Shown piece after piece: positions 8,801 through 17,592 of a stretch of 64,000 bases of DNA. Both the position numbers and the translations under genes were made by a program. Positions within the stretch are counted from its first letter, which is position 1, and every line of letters starts with the position of its first letter. The notes under the pieces were generated by a model. The model did not search any database and was not told the DNA's origin. It saw nothing but the letters and a program-made list of their open reading frames with translations. The DNA comes from Methylococcales bacterium (GTDB lineage Bacteria; Pseudomonadota; Gammaproteobacteria; JABHGC01), in contig JABHGC010000099.1 in the NCBI GenBank assembly GCA_018672285.1, forward strand, positions 4,734-68,733. Reading direction: 5' to 3'.

Positions 8801-10230
8801 CGCAGGATGAGCCGGCTGGGGCTGAAGCACCAACCGAACCTGAGACTGAAGAAACAGCAGAAGCACTAGAAACCGAACCTTCTATAGAGCCAGAGCCTGT
8901 AGTACAAGACGAACCTATAGCAGAAGAGATCACCGAACCAGCAGAACCCACTCCAGAAATCGTTGAAACTGAAGCCCCGCAGGATGAGACTGCTGAGGCT
9001 GAAGCACCTGTTGTACCTGAGATTGAAGAAGCAGCAGAAGCACTAGAAACTGAACCTTCTATAGAGCCAGAGCCTGTAGTACAAGACGAGCCTATAGCAG
9101 AAGAGATCACCGAGCCAGTAGAACCCACTCCAGAAGCCGTTGAAACTGAAGTCACACAGGATGAGCCTGCTGACACTGAAGCACCAGCTGAACCTGAGAT
9201 TGAAGAAACGGCAGAAGCACTAGAAACTGAACCTTCTACAGAACCAGATCCTGAAGCGCTTGAAGAACCTACAGCGGAAGAAACCACAGAGCCAGAAGAA
9301 TCCACTCCAGAAGCCGTTGAAACTGAAGTCACACAGGATGAGCCTGCTGACACTGAAGAACCAGCTGAACCTGAGATTGAAGAAGCAGCAGAAGCACGAG
9401 AAACCGAATCTTCTTTAGAGCCAGAGCCTGAAACGCAAGGCGAACCTTTAGCAGAAGAAATCACAGAGTCAGAAGAACCCGCTCCAGAAGCCGTTGAAGC
9501 TGAAGCCACACAAGTTGAGCCTGCTGAGCCTGAAGCACCAGCTGAACCTATAGCTCAAGAAGAGCCTACAGAGAACGTAAAAAACCAACCAGAAATAACT
9601 GAGCCTGAGCCTGAGCCTGAACAACAAACTGCACTAGCAAGAGAGAAAAGCACCGATGACAGCGAAGCCGTTGTCCGAGATATTCTTAAGAATGAGGGCA
9701 AAAAAGTCTTTAAGGCTGAGCCAGACCCTACTCCTGTTATTGATAACGGACGCCTTAATGCTGCTGAGAATGCGGTCATACAACGCCGCGCTTTCAACGA
9801 CAAGTCTTTACCCGACTTTCTTCAAGAAAACCCAGCAGCTTTTTTCAATGAGGTTATCGCTGACTGCGAAAGCAATGGGTACTCTCTCCCAACTCAAGAA
9901 GTTGAAACCCCTACCGCTGTCAGAGACTCAATAGAACAGATACCTGATGCGCCAATATCGGACAAAATATCGGCAGGAGAAGCCGCTATTTTGGCCAGAA
10001 GAGTCTTTACAGACACTTCTGCACCAGATTTTTTAAACGAAAACCCAAAATCTTATTTTCCTAATAGCTACCGACCGGCTGAGCCAAAACCTGAATCAGG
10101 CAATAAGTCCACACATAATACCATGCAAGAAAGTGAAAAAGTTCAAAGGGATGAACGCGACATTCTACTCGAAAGAGCAGCTGAAGTTACATCAGACCTT
10201 GATGATTTACTTTCTGAAATCGACATTTAA
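5848..10230 (+). CDS. large membrane-anchored coiled-coil protein with highly acidic tandem repeats (HubP/FimV-like overall architecture, but no LysM)
   Basis: N-terminal TM helix (AIIGAVEFAGAIIALSLFLYF, then KKK). About 430 aa of heptad-rich, coiled-coil-like sequence. 4.5 copies of a 29-aa repeat (TDIDALLDQAQAQPDEDEDDDGE; nt ~7265-7580). About 13-14 copies of a 49-56-aa E/P/A/T-rich repeat (EAAEALETEPSIEPEPVAQDEPIAAEITEPAEPAPEAVEAEAP; nt ~7590-9550). C-terminal ~200-aa region with an internal duplication (RRAFNDKSLPDFLQENP / RRVFTDTSAPDFLNENP). Confidence 0.8.
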   Translation: MLWLKIVMGDMLEISSTAIIGAVEFAGAIIALSLFLYFSQRKTKKKLQETEENSQKQIKSLKKKVAKPSQTPISFLKDELLRTKQRFLKIGKASKVTLSPTDKIKQQCLALRYYFLKTETKMLSSKPGNEKKYWAQIEKLLSSIAQTYLNAMEEANSSSEELKELQQKHDLLEAQNNNLQRYKKLFFDLQSQAQTSEEEIDHIHGKISDLISDSSMSDDQQEQVASLFNSYQESVGEVISSITTVAESSTDNGDEDDRTPKDTKIIEQFGKLKDIAIEQKNTISALRDRISDLKQSLNDGPPTDEEIALMITELETLNEDVARLERTLNDSEMCVQVLEADNDSLQQDILALKTECEQLKKQPIQSPEQIEAEAALQAQITNLSSTITEQQQQIANLEDDDSDLSLDLDEVKVEELAEKLDDKESRITELETLVGELEEKISEQQSALHAKPIVPEIATQTIESELEEEDDDDTDIDDLIDQAQDQPDEDEDDDGETDIDALLDQAQAQPDESEDDGDETDIDALLDQAQAQPDQNEDDDGDTDIDALLDQAQAQPNEDEDDADETDIDALLDQAQQHEVETESVEAAEALETEPPIEPEPEAQDDPTADKITEPKIVETEDPQDEPTETEAPAEPEIEEAAEALQTEPSIEPEPVAQDDPTAEETTEPVEPAPEAVEAEAPVEPEIEEAAEALETEPSIEPEPVAQDEPIAAEISKPTEPAPEAVETEAPQDEPAEPEVEEVAEALETEPSTEPDPEALEEPTAEETTEPEAVEAEVPQDEPAEVEASAEPEADEAAEALETKPSIEPDSEIQDEPIAEEITKPAEPTPEAVEAEAPAEPEIEEAAEALETEPSIEPEPEAQNKPIAEEITEPAETTPEAAEAEAPVEPEIAEVAEALETEPSIEPEPEVQDEPIAAEITEPAEPAPEAVEAEAPTEPEIEETAEALKTEPSIEPEPVAQDEPIAAEITEPAEPAPEAVETEDPQDEPAGAEAPTEPETEETAEALETEPSIEPEPVVQDEPIAEEITEPAEPTPEIVETEAPQDETAEAEAPVVPEIEEAAEALETEPSIEPEPVVQDEPIAEEITEPVEPTPEAVETEVTQDEPADTEAPAEPEIEETAEALETEPSTEPDPEALEEPTAEETTEPEESTPEAVETEVTQDEPADTEEPAEPEIEEAAEARETESSLEPEPETQGEPLAEEITESEEPAPEAVEAEATQVEPAEPEAPAEPIAQEEPTENVKNQPEITEPEPEPEQQTALAREKSTDDSEAVVRDILKNEGKKVFKAEPDPTPVIDNGRLNAAENAVIQRRAFNDKSLPDFLQENPAAFFNEVIADCESNGYSLPTQEVETPTAVRDSIEQIPDAPISDKISAGEAAILARRVFTDTSAPDFLNENPKSYFPNSYRPAEPKPESGNKSTHNTMQESEKVQRDERDILLERAAEVTSDLDDLLSEIDI

Positions 10231-10440
10231 AACATCATTACGCTATATAACGGACTCATAATTGAGGGAACACCCCAATAGGAAAAATATTGAAAGTCCG
10301 TAAACTTGCTCGCACATAACAACAAAAACAAATGACAATAATAAAAATAAATAATAACAATAACACGACGAATAACAATAATAAGTGCTACAACTACTCA
10401 CGTCATCTATGAAGTTTTACTTCATAGCAAGAACGTAAAA

Positions 10441-10473
10441 GGCAAGTTAACCTAAGGTTAACTTGCCTTTTTT
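10441..10473. terminator. bidirectional rho-independent terminator
   Basis: Perfect hairpin ggcaagttaacc-taa-ggttaacttgcc followed by tttttt. Sits between convergent genes. Confidence 0.7.
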
Positions 10474-10498
10474 CATTTTAAACAGCTGTAAAACCAGG

Positions 10499-10765
10499 TT
10501 ATTTTGCAAGTAACATTTGCTGGCTTAATAAAATCGTATTTAAAAAATCACTGCCATTCACTGTGCCATTCACTGTGTCATCCTCTTTTTCTGAGCTTTC
10601 TAATGCAGGCTCATCTACAAGTGCGGGTGTCATAACAGGTGCTGATTGAACAGACATTAAGCTCATCATCATCGCAAACTGTGTTCCATTACTTTGCTGC
10701 ACAGCAGAATGCAAAGAATGAATCATTTCTGGTGTTGTTTGGATTGGGTAATCAATTCGCATCAT
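10499..10765 (-). CDS. hypothetical 88-aa protein
   Basis: ORF ends just upstream of the terminator. Contains a 12-bp tandem DNA repeat encoding TVNGTVNGS. No recognisable family. Confidence 0.3.
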   Translation of the reverse strand: MMRIDYPIQTTPEMIHSLHSAVQQSNGTQFAMMMSLMSVQSAPVMTPALVDEPALESSEKEDDTVNGTVNGSDFLNTILLSQQMLLAK

Positions 10766-10862
10766 GTCTCTCCTTATACAATGTATCGGCCAGACACCTC
10801 GAATGTTTAGCCTAAATCACCTATAATATAAGGAGATACTTTTAAACCATCTGGAGAACACT

Positions 10863-11330
10863 GTGCCTTTGTTAAATCCTGCTCGCCTCTTAATCATTTG
10901 CAGCCTAGCACTCAGCAGCATTAGCTGTGATTACATCGGCCCTCCACCAGAACCTTCACAAATAAAAGCAGACCAAGAAGATGCACTGGCATTTTTAAAG
11001 TCACTGCCTCATGCCACCAAAAGAGACTTCCCACCTTGTACCTATTTAAGCAATGGGATCCGCAATATTTCTGGTGAAATTATTCCTTATGAGCAGTTTT
11101 CTTTGACCATCAGTAACGTTAAAAGAGAAACATTCATCTCTCTACTACGCCCCTCCCAGCGGCAGTACCTAGCAATCCCAACAAGCTCTGGCACGCTCAA
11201 CAATGAATGCATTGCGTACCGTTTTGTAAAACAGCAAGAGTATGCTTTTTACTGGGGCAAAGACCGAAAACAAGAATTATCCGCAAAAGTGGTTAAAGCG
11301 CTCCGCAAACTGGGTGTACAACAACTTTAA
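10863..11330 (+). CDS. hypothetical exported protein or lipoprotein
   Basis: N-terminal signal peptide with a Cys shortly after the hydrophobic core (LALSSISC). Confidence 0.45.
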   Translation: MPLLNPARLLIICSLALSSISCDYIGPPPEPSQIKADQEDALAFLKSLPHATKRDFPPCTYLSNGIRNISGEIIPYEQFSLTISNVKRETFISLLRPSQRQYLAIPTSSGTLNNECIAYRFVKQQEYAFYWGKDRKQELSAKVVKALRKLGVQQL

Positions 11331-11371
11331 ATTTAAGGTAAGATCAGCCACCTATTTTTGCAGGAAGCACT

Positions 11372-11761
11372 ATGACTACTCAGCCAAACAAAGACCTAGA
11401 GACCTTTGACAACGCAAACCCAGAGCGTGATTACACCATCCACATCACCATGCCGGAGTTTACTTGCCTGTGCCCCAAAACAGGCCAACCAGATTTTGCC
11501 ACAATCACCCTTGATTACGTGCCTAATTTGTCCTGCTTAGAACTTAAATCACTGAAGCTTTACATCTGGTCATTTAGAAATGTCGGCTCTTTTCATGAGG
11601 CCGTGACCAATGAAATATTAGATGACTTTGTACAAGCCTGTAGCCCTCGCTTTATGCGCGTAACAGCTGAGTTTATGGTTAGAGGCGGCATTTACACCAC
11701 GGTTGTCGCCGAACACCAGCACCCCGATTGGGAAGCCGCAGCTCACGTTACCCTACCTTAG
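11372..11761 (+). CDS. queF: NADPH-dependent 7-cyano-7-deazaguanine reductase QueF (small type-I form)
   Basis: [15 protein letters not shown] (catalytic Cys motif). LELKSLKLY(I)WSFRN, the QueF signature. 129 aa. Confidence 0.85.
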   Translation: MTTQPNKDLETFDNANPERDYTIHITMPEFTCLCPKTGQPDFATITLDYVPNLSCLELKSLKLYIWSFRNVGSFHEAVTNEILDDFVQACSPRFMRVTAEFMVRGGIYTTVVAEHQHPDWEAAAHVTLP

Positions 11762-11769
11762 CCACCATC

Positions 11770-13020
11770 ATGACCTTCGTTGGCATTGACTTAGGCACCT
11801 CTGGCTGTAGAGCCATCGCTATCAATGCCGATGAAATGGTGCTTGCAGACACCAGAATCAGTTACACCAACAACCAAGCTCAAACACCTGAGCTCTGGTG
11901 GCAAAGCACACTTCAAGTATTAAAAACACTCATACCAAAACTGCCTGAACCACATATTGATGCGATTTGTGTCGACGGAACCTCCTCAAGCTTATTACTG
12001 TGCAGCCCATCAGGTTCACCTAAAAGCCCTGTCATGATGTATTTTGACAACGCACCAACCGATTGCCTGGACAAAATAACAGCCCACTCACCTGTGGATG
12101 CTGTTGTGAATAGCACCAGCTCATCACTTGCAAAAGCGATTAAGTTAAGCGAACAAGCTTCTAACCCATACATTATTTTACATCAAGCAGACTGGGTAAT
12201 TGGCAAGCTGTGTAATGTGTGGCAGTCCGATGAAAATAACGCGTTAAAGTTGGGCTATGACCCTCTCAACAGACAATGGCCTGACTGGATTGGTCACATC
12301 TTACCCAATGACAGCTTACCCGTTGTTTTGCCACCAGGAGAACCTCTACAAACACTAACAGCCGCCCTCACCACCGAACTAAAGCTACTTAGCCCCCCTA
12401 TGGTTTGTTCAGGCACAACAGACAGTACTGCAGCCTTCATTGCGACAGGGGCAAAAAATAAAGGTGATGCTGTCACCTCCCTTGGCAGCACTTTAGTCAC
12501 AAAAATATTATCTGACCATCCCATCAACCAACCTGATCTTGGTGTATACAGCCATAGATTAAACGAACATTGGATTGTAGGCGGCTCATCTAACACAGGT
12601 GGTAAAGTGCTACAGCAACATTTTAGCAATCACGACATTGTTGGACTCAGCCGACAGATAAAGCCAAATACACCAACCAAGCTCGACTATTACCCTCTAC
12701 CAAGCATCGGTGAACGATTCCCTAGCAACAACCCACAAAAACAACCCATACTCAGCCCTAAACCCTGCGACCCCGTGATTTTTTTACAAGGCATACTTGA
12801 AGGCATTACTAACATTGAAGCGGAAGGCTACCAATTACTCCATAAGCTAGGCTGCCCACAAGCTCAAAGAATATTCACGGTTGGAGGAGGCAGTAAAAAC
12901 ATGGCATGGACACAAATAAGAGAACAAAAATTACAGCTTACAATGGCAACCCCAAAACACAGTGAAGCTGCTTTTGGCACTGCCATTCTAGCTAAAAACG
13001 GTTGGCAAAAATCACTTTGA
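11770..13020 (+). CDS. FGGY-family carbohydrate kinase
   Basis: N-terminal MTFVGIDLGTSGCRA actin-like ATPase motif. Likely start is the ATG at 11770, not the overlapping upstream ATG at 11728. Confidence 0.6.
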   Translation: MTFVGIDLGTSGCRAIAINADEMVLADTRISYTNNQAQTPELWWQSTLQVLKTLIPKLPEPHIDAICVDGTSSSLLLCSPSGSPKSPVMMYFDNAPTDCLDKITAHSPVDAVVNSTSSSLAKAIKLSEQASNPYIILHQADWVIGKLCNVWQSDENNALKLGYDPLNRQWPDWIGHILPNDSLPVVLPPGEPLQTLTAALTTELKLLSPPMVCSGTTDSTAAFIATGAKNKGDAVTSLGSTLVTKILSDHPINQPDLGVYSHRLNEHWIVGGSSNTGGKVLQQHFSNHDIVGLSRQIKPNTPTKLDYYPLPSIGERFPSNNPQKQPILSPKPCDPVIFLQGILEGITNIEAEGYQLLHKLGCPQAQRIFTVGGGSKNMAWTQIREQKLQLTMATPKHSEAAFGTAILAKNGWQKSL

Positions 13021-13992
13021 ATCACGACCCCTCGTTGTTTCTTGATCCACCTGCTCCTTCAGCGTTGCAGAGCTTGCAAAAAACTCACTAAGCTGGTCAC
13101 TAACAACAACATTAAAGACTGGGGGTTTGAGCCTCACGGTCAAATCAATGGTATTGGAAAAGGAGTCATCGACGGCATCTTGAAACCACATTAAACTAAC
13201 CACACTTAGGGATACACCAGCGGCAGTTGCCACCACCCTTTTCGGCATCGCTAAAGAGCAATACCTTAAATGGCCATAAAATACCGCTGAAATAACCAAC
13301 AAAGTCGTCCCATATTCTAGCCAGAGCCGTTGCTCAGCCATAGAAAAAACATAGCTTATATAGTGTGAGAAGCCGTCTAATAAAACCAAACTGGCATAAC
13401 CTAGCCCCGCAACAAAAAGGTGTGCACCAAAGTTCGTTGCATTGGTTGTTAAGCGGTTCGCCACCACCCAACCTGCCACCCAGACCGCCACAACAATGTA
13501 GTCAAACAACAATTGGCTCAGCAGTTTAGCAATCGAGTACTGGTTGAAGTTACCAATATATTGATCAATAGCAATGACACTTAATACGGCAACCCAAAGT
13601 AAGACTAACAACCAACGCTTATTCATCACCCGGCTTAACAGGTGATCATGCAGGCTGTCTTTTAAGGCTTCTTTTACAAGATAATCAGGTTTTCTAAAAC
13701 GTAATCGAGTATGACCTATTCGTATTTCAGTACCCGTTTTAGCAATCGTTGATGACACTCTCTGGCTGTTATTAAAAAGATACAATCCATTAGTACTGCC
13801 CATATCAGACGTAACGAGGTTCCCCTCAACATCCAAATCTATTTTAATATGCTCAGGAGAAATAAAATCGTCATCTAATACTAAATCATTGCTATAACCA
13901 CGCCCCACATAATAAGGCAATGACTGTATAAAGTGTCTATGTTGAACCTTGGCGTTTTTATCTAACGCTTCAAGAATGATTATTGTTGCCAC
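13012..13992 (-). CDS. FHA-domain protein with C-terminal multi-TM region
   Basis: N-terminal FHA-like segment (YYVGRGYSNDLVLDD...SPEHIKI...GSTNGLYLFN...RIGHTRLRF), followed by 5 or more hydrophobic helices. Confidence 0.6.
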   Translation of the reverse strand: MATIIILEALDKNAKVQHRHFIQSLPYYVGRGYSNDLVLDDDFISPEHIKIDLDVEGNLVTSDMGSTNGLYLFNNSQRVSSTIAKTGTEIRIGHTRLRFRKPDYLVKEALKDSLHDHLLSRVMNKRWLLVLLWVAVLSVIAIDQYIGNFNQYSIAKLLSQLLFDYIVVAVWVAGWVVANRLTTNATNFGAHLFVAGLGYASLVLLDGFSHYISYVFSMAEQRLWLEYGTTLLVISAVFYGHLRYCSLAMPKRVVATAAGVSLSVVSLMWFQDAVDDSFSNTIDLTVRLKPPVFNVVVSDQLSEFFASSATLKEQVDQETTRGRDSK

Positions 13993-15254
13993 GTAATGCT
14001 ATCCAAGTATTTTTTTGCAAATTGCTGAGCATTTTGAAAGCTCACACCTGTCAATAAAAGTGCTGTTTGCAGCCCCATTTTTTTCTGATCTACAGTAGCG
14101 GCTTTTAATACGACATCATATAGTCCAAAAAACTTTTTATAGCCACGAGCGCAATACACCACTTTTAAGTGAAGACCGTGATTAACGACAAATTTTTCCT
14201 GGCACGAAAAGTTAGTCACATCTTCTTCTCTACCTTCCACTGCCATCAGTAATCGTGAGAATTTGGCCTCGAATAAGGTATAAAATTTAAAGGCATCTAG
14301 CTTGTCACTGGAGATTAACAAATGTTTATAGCTAACTGTCCCAGTGGAATGGTCTTCATTTAAAAAGATATCATCCTTAGATTCACAGCTCTGCTCAATA
14401 ATTTGATACGGTTTAGGCTTAGACAGTACATCTCCCCCCCAACACCTAAAGGTCTCCGACAATTTATCTGGCACACGATAGCGCCCTAACCTTGTCGTTT
14501 TAATAGGGTGACGAATAAAGTCTGACATATAAGTAGATTGGTTAGCCTGCAATTGTTGCTGTGCTAACACTAATAAATTTTGAGGTAAGCTGCGCGCATC
14601 TTCGAGCATTTTAACAACATGCTTAGAAGGCACTAGAAAACTGAGCAGGTTCCCTGCGGTTGCCACATTCACCCCAACCACTTTGCCATCAACGGTAAAA
14701 GAGGGTCCACCACTCATCCCTGGCTCTAATGCACCTATAAAGTGAATTTTTTCATACAGGGAAGGCTCAACTAATCCACCGTGGTTCCCGGAGAGGATCA
14801 CAAAACCTAAATCTCTAGGGTTTCCTAAAGAATAGACCTCTGTCCCCTTTTGTATCGGCTCAGGATTAAACTCAAAATACGCTTGATTATCTAAGTCAGC
14901 CTTCAGTAATGCAAGGTCATGCACTACGTCTACAGACACAACCTTGAGCTGCCCCGTTTTGCCACTTTCGGTGATATATACGGCATTATATTGCTGGGGT
15001 TTCAGTAATAAATCAGCAACAACATGGTAGTTAGTGACAATATAACCACCTTGCTTGACCAAAAACCCTGTGCCTATACTCGATTTCTTGCCAGAGGCGG
15101 TATATAAAATTTTAACCTGAAGGATAAGAGACTTGTATTGTTCAAATAGCTCTCGACTACTATCTTCTTTCGCAGCAACAGACTGTAGGCCTGCAAAGCA
15201 CGTGAGAAAAAAAACGAATAAAATCAACCCTGACCGGGTTACAAACATCGGCAT
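13980..15254 (-). CDS. secreted trypsin-like (S1/S1C-type) serine protease with a C-terminal domain of unknown function
   Basis: Signal peptide. Catalytic triad context: TNYHVV (His), DLALL (Asp), GMSGGPSF (Ser). 13-nt overlap with the downstream FHA gene. Confidence 0.65.
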   Translation of the reverse strand: MPMFVTRSGLILFVFFLTCFAGLQSVAAKEDSSRELFEQYKSLILQVKILYTASGKKSSIGTGFLVKQGGYIVTNYHVVADLLLKPQQYNAVYITESGKTGQLKVVSVDVVHDLALLKADLDNQAYFEFNPEPIQKGTEVYSLGNPRDLGFVILSGNHGGLVEPSLYEKIHFIGALEPGMSGGPSFTVDGKVVGVNVATAGNLLSFLVPSKHVVKMLEDARSLPQNLLVLAQQQLQANQSTYMSDFIRHPIKTTRLGRYRVPDKLSETFRCWGGDVLSKPKPYQIIEQSCESKDDIFLNEDHSTGTVSYKHLLISSDKLDAFKFYTLFEAKFSRLLMAVEGREEDVTNFSCQEKFVVNHGLHLKVVYCARGYKKFFGLYDVVLKAATVDQKKMGLQTALLLTGVSFQNAQQFAKKYLDSITWQQ

Positions 15255-15474
15255 TCTTTATGCGTCACTTATTATTATGGATGCACCCGATACTACCAAC
15301 TTTAAGAATTTATACCAGTGATTGCGAAGCAAACCAGACCCTTAATACCAACAATATGCAGAGGCACATACTGTCATCCATAAAAAAAGCACACATAACG
15401 GACATTACGTGTGCTTTTGAGAAAAACCTGAAACTAGCGCCAGCTTACCACTAACTCCAGAATCGCAATAAAAC

Positions 15475-16161
15475 CTATCTAAGTTTTATGTTATCACTCA
15501 TCGTTCGTGACTCTCTATCAATACTACCATTGCCAACAGCCACTGATTTTTTCACTTGGAAATAAACCGTTTTATTACCTTTACCTGCACTCAGCTCAAA
15601 CACAGGTGTTCCCGCGTATGCTTGCCAGCTTGCCCCTTCAAATGTAGAGGACTCGCTCGCGCGATAATGGGTTGGCTTACCATCCACAGAACTGGTAATT
15701 TTAACAGAACGGCTGCTTGTAGAACCTGAGCCTGAGTTTAACGACATACGGCTCAAGCGCAGTGCATGACTGTTTTGCTCATCTTTCTGACTTGAATTAG
15801 CAGGCAACTCTACCCGAGCAAGTATACAGGTCGCTCCACCAACACCGGGTGAAACCGGCGCATATACTGAGCTACTGAACCCTGCCATATTGATTCGTCT
15901 AGACTGCCCTTTATAGCCTGAGCGTGAAACTGTGACTTGTGCACGTCCATTAGGCACATCACGAAAAACAACTTCGCCACTGAGCCCTGTTTTCTTAGCA
16001 CCAAATGCAGCAGGATCCGATAACGTCCCGAGACAAACATTGGCGTTTTTAACACCGGCGTCTACACGTACATCACCGCCAGCGAAGGCTTGAGTCATCG
16101 GCGCTATAGCAAGAACTGCCACTGCAGCAAAATATTGTTTCAGGTTGTTACGGTAGGTCAT
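15475..16161 (-). CDS. hypothetical secreted protein
   Basis: Signal peptide MTYRNNLKQYFAAVAVLAIAPMTQAFA. G/S-rich, no recognisable domain. Confidence 0.4.
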   Translation of the reverse strand: MTYRNNLKQYFAAVAVLAIAPMTQAFAGGDVRVDAGVKNANVCLGTLSDPAAFGAKKTGLSGEVVFRDVPNGRAQVTVSRSGYKGQSRRINMAGFSSSVYAPVSPGVGGATCILARVELPANSSQKDEQNSHALRLSRMSLNSGSGSTSSRSVKITSSVDGKPTHYRASESSTFEGASWQAYAGTPVFELSAGKGNKTVYFQVKKSVAVGNGSIDRESRTMSDNIKLR

Positions 16162-16335
16162 TATTTCCCCTATGCTCTTTAGAACAGACTGTGATTTAAT
16201 CTTTAATTTTTACGCAACATCGCACATAAAGTCCAGCTATCTAGGACTTAGTGGACATTCTAAGGTTACCAACGGAGTTAACCCGCCTATTTTCTACTAT
16301 TATAGTAATGAATCACAACAAATAAAGGCACATGC

Positions 16336-17247
16336 ATGGAAGATCAAATTTCAATTTTGATAGTCGATGACTCAAAATTTAATTGCGCCATGATAGAGCG
16401 CACCTTACAAGACGGCGGCTACTCTGCTGTAAGGACTGCAAGAAGTGCTAAAGATGCCTTGAAAATGATGTCCGAACAAGTAGCGGACGTGTTAATTGCT
16501 GACTGGATGATGCCTGAAATGGACGGCCTTGAGCTGACGGATGAAATACGTCAGTTTGATGAAGAAAACAACCATTACACTTACATTCTTCTACTAACAG
16601 CCAAAGATGGCGTAGAACCTCTGATCGAGGCCTTTGACCGAGGTGTCGATGACTACTTAACCAAACCGCCCAATAAGTTTGAATTATTATCTCGTATTTA
16701 TGCAGCAACTCGTATCAGTGGCCTGCAAAATAGCTTACTTGAGTCCACCAAAGCCTTGAGCCGCATGAACCAAGCGCTAAAAGGTAAGATGCAAACAGAC
16801 CCAATGACAGGCTTCAGCAATCAAAAGGCCATCGAAAAACGGATTACCAGCCTACAAAAAGCCGCACAAACCAGAGAAGGCGTCCTTTGTCTTGCCTTAT
16901 TAAGAGTGATGGATTTTGACCAAAAAACAGCCAAGACGAGCCGCCGGGTAAAAGATGAAATCACCATCAGTTTATCCCGCAGATTACAACGAACAGTGAG
17001 ACCTTCCGATGAAATTGCCCGCGTTGGCGACCATGAATACCTGATTGTCATGTACAACCCAGATCGTAAAAACTTTCAGCGCTTCAGCTTACAAAGAATT
17101 TCTAATGCCATCAATTTACGCCCCATCAGCACATCAGCAGGGTTCATTCAGATTAAAGCGGCCATTAAAGTAATTTGCACTAATGATACACGCGGCAGCT
17201 CTGCGAATGAGATGATTACGTTACTACATGATAAATTTGATGAATAA
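16336..17247 (+). CDS. response regulator: receiver domain plus degenerate GGDEF domain (retains the RxxD inhibitory site, active-site motif reads GDHEY)
   Basis: REC domain: LIVDDS...LIADWMMPEMDG. C-terminal domain: RPSDEIARVGDHEYLIV, which aligns to RxxD-xxAR-x-GGDEF with the catalytic GG(D/E)EF replaced. Confidence 0.7.
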   Translation: MEDQISILIVDDSKFNCAMIERTLQDGGYSAVRTARSAKDALKMMSEQVADVLIADWMMPEMDGLELTDEIRQFDEENNHYTYILLLTAKDGVEPLIEAFDRGVDDYLTKPPNKFELLSRIYAATRISGLQNSLLESTKALSRMNQALKGKMQTDPMTGFSNQKAIEKRITSLQKAAQTREGVLCLALLRVMDFDQKTAKTSRRVKDEITISLSRRLQRTVRPSDEIARVGDHEYLIVMYNPDRKNFQRFSLQRISNAINLRPISTSAGFIQIKAAIKVICTNDTRGSSANEMITLLHDKFDE

Positions 17248-17251
17248 TGGG

Positions 17252-17578
17252 TTAGCGAGAACGACCTAAGCTCACCGTCTCTAGGTATTGCTTACTCACA
17301 TTTTGGCCTTTACTAAATTGACGAATATCATGGCCTAGTTTGTCCTGGGCTTGACGGGAAAGTACTTCCGTCTGCTCATCTAACTGAATAATTTCTTGGA
17401 GAATACACCGCTGAGGTTCAGACAATGTTTTTTGATCAACAAAAAAAGCGGCTATGTCTTGCCGCCTTTGCTCTTCAAGCTCACACAACAGCGCCCAATC
17501 TTCTTCTTTAGCCGTAGCCAACATGTTTTGCGTTTGACTTAATATATGTTCTAAAGCAGAAGTTGTGGTGTCCGTCAT
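17252..17578 (-). CDS. FliT-like small flagellar chaperone (assignment based on position only)
   Basis: 108-aa acidic helical protein immediately downstream of fliS in the same operon. Confidence 0.35.
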   Translation of the reverse strand: MTDTTTSALEHILSQTQNMLATAKEEDWALLCELEEQRRQDIAAFFVDQKTLSEPQRCILQEIIQLDEQTEVLSRQAQDKLGHDIRQFSKGQNVSKQYLETVSLGRSR

Positions 17579-17592
17579 TTCATCTCGATAGT

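Noticed and set aside
6540-9509. Long minus-strand ORFs (132-260 aa, S/G/A-rich) and a + strand 100-aa ORF (7286-7588) inside the acidic-repeat gene
   Set aside because: They are frame-shadow artefacts of the GAA/GCT/CCA-rich tandem repeats. Their translations are low-complexity, with no starts or RBS.
5848-10230. Calling the acidic-repeat protein HubP or FimV
   Set aside because: No LysM or periplasmic domain and no recognisable FimV C-terminal motif could be seen by eye. Only the architecture is similar.
10321-10400. AT-rich (AATAAC)n-like low-complexity stretch after the acidic-repeat gene
   Set aside because: Imperfect and short. It is probably just AT-rich intergenic sequence next to the terminator.
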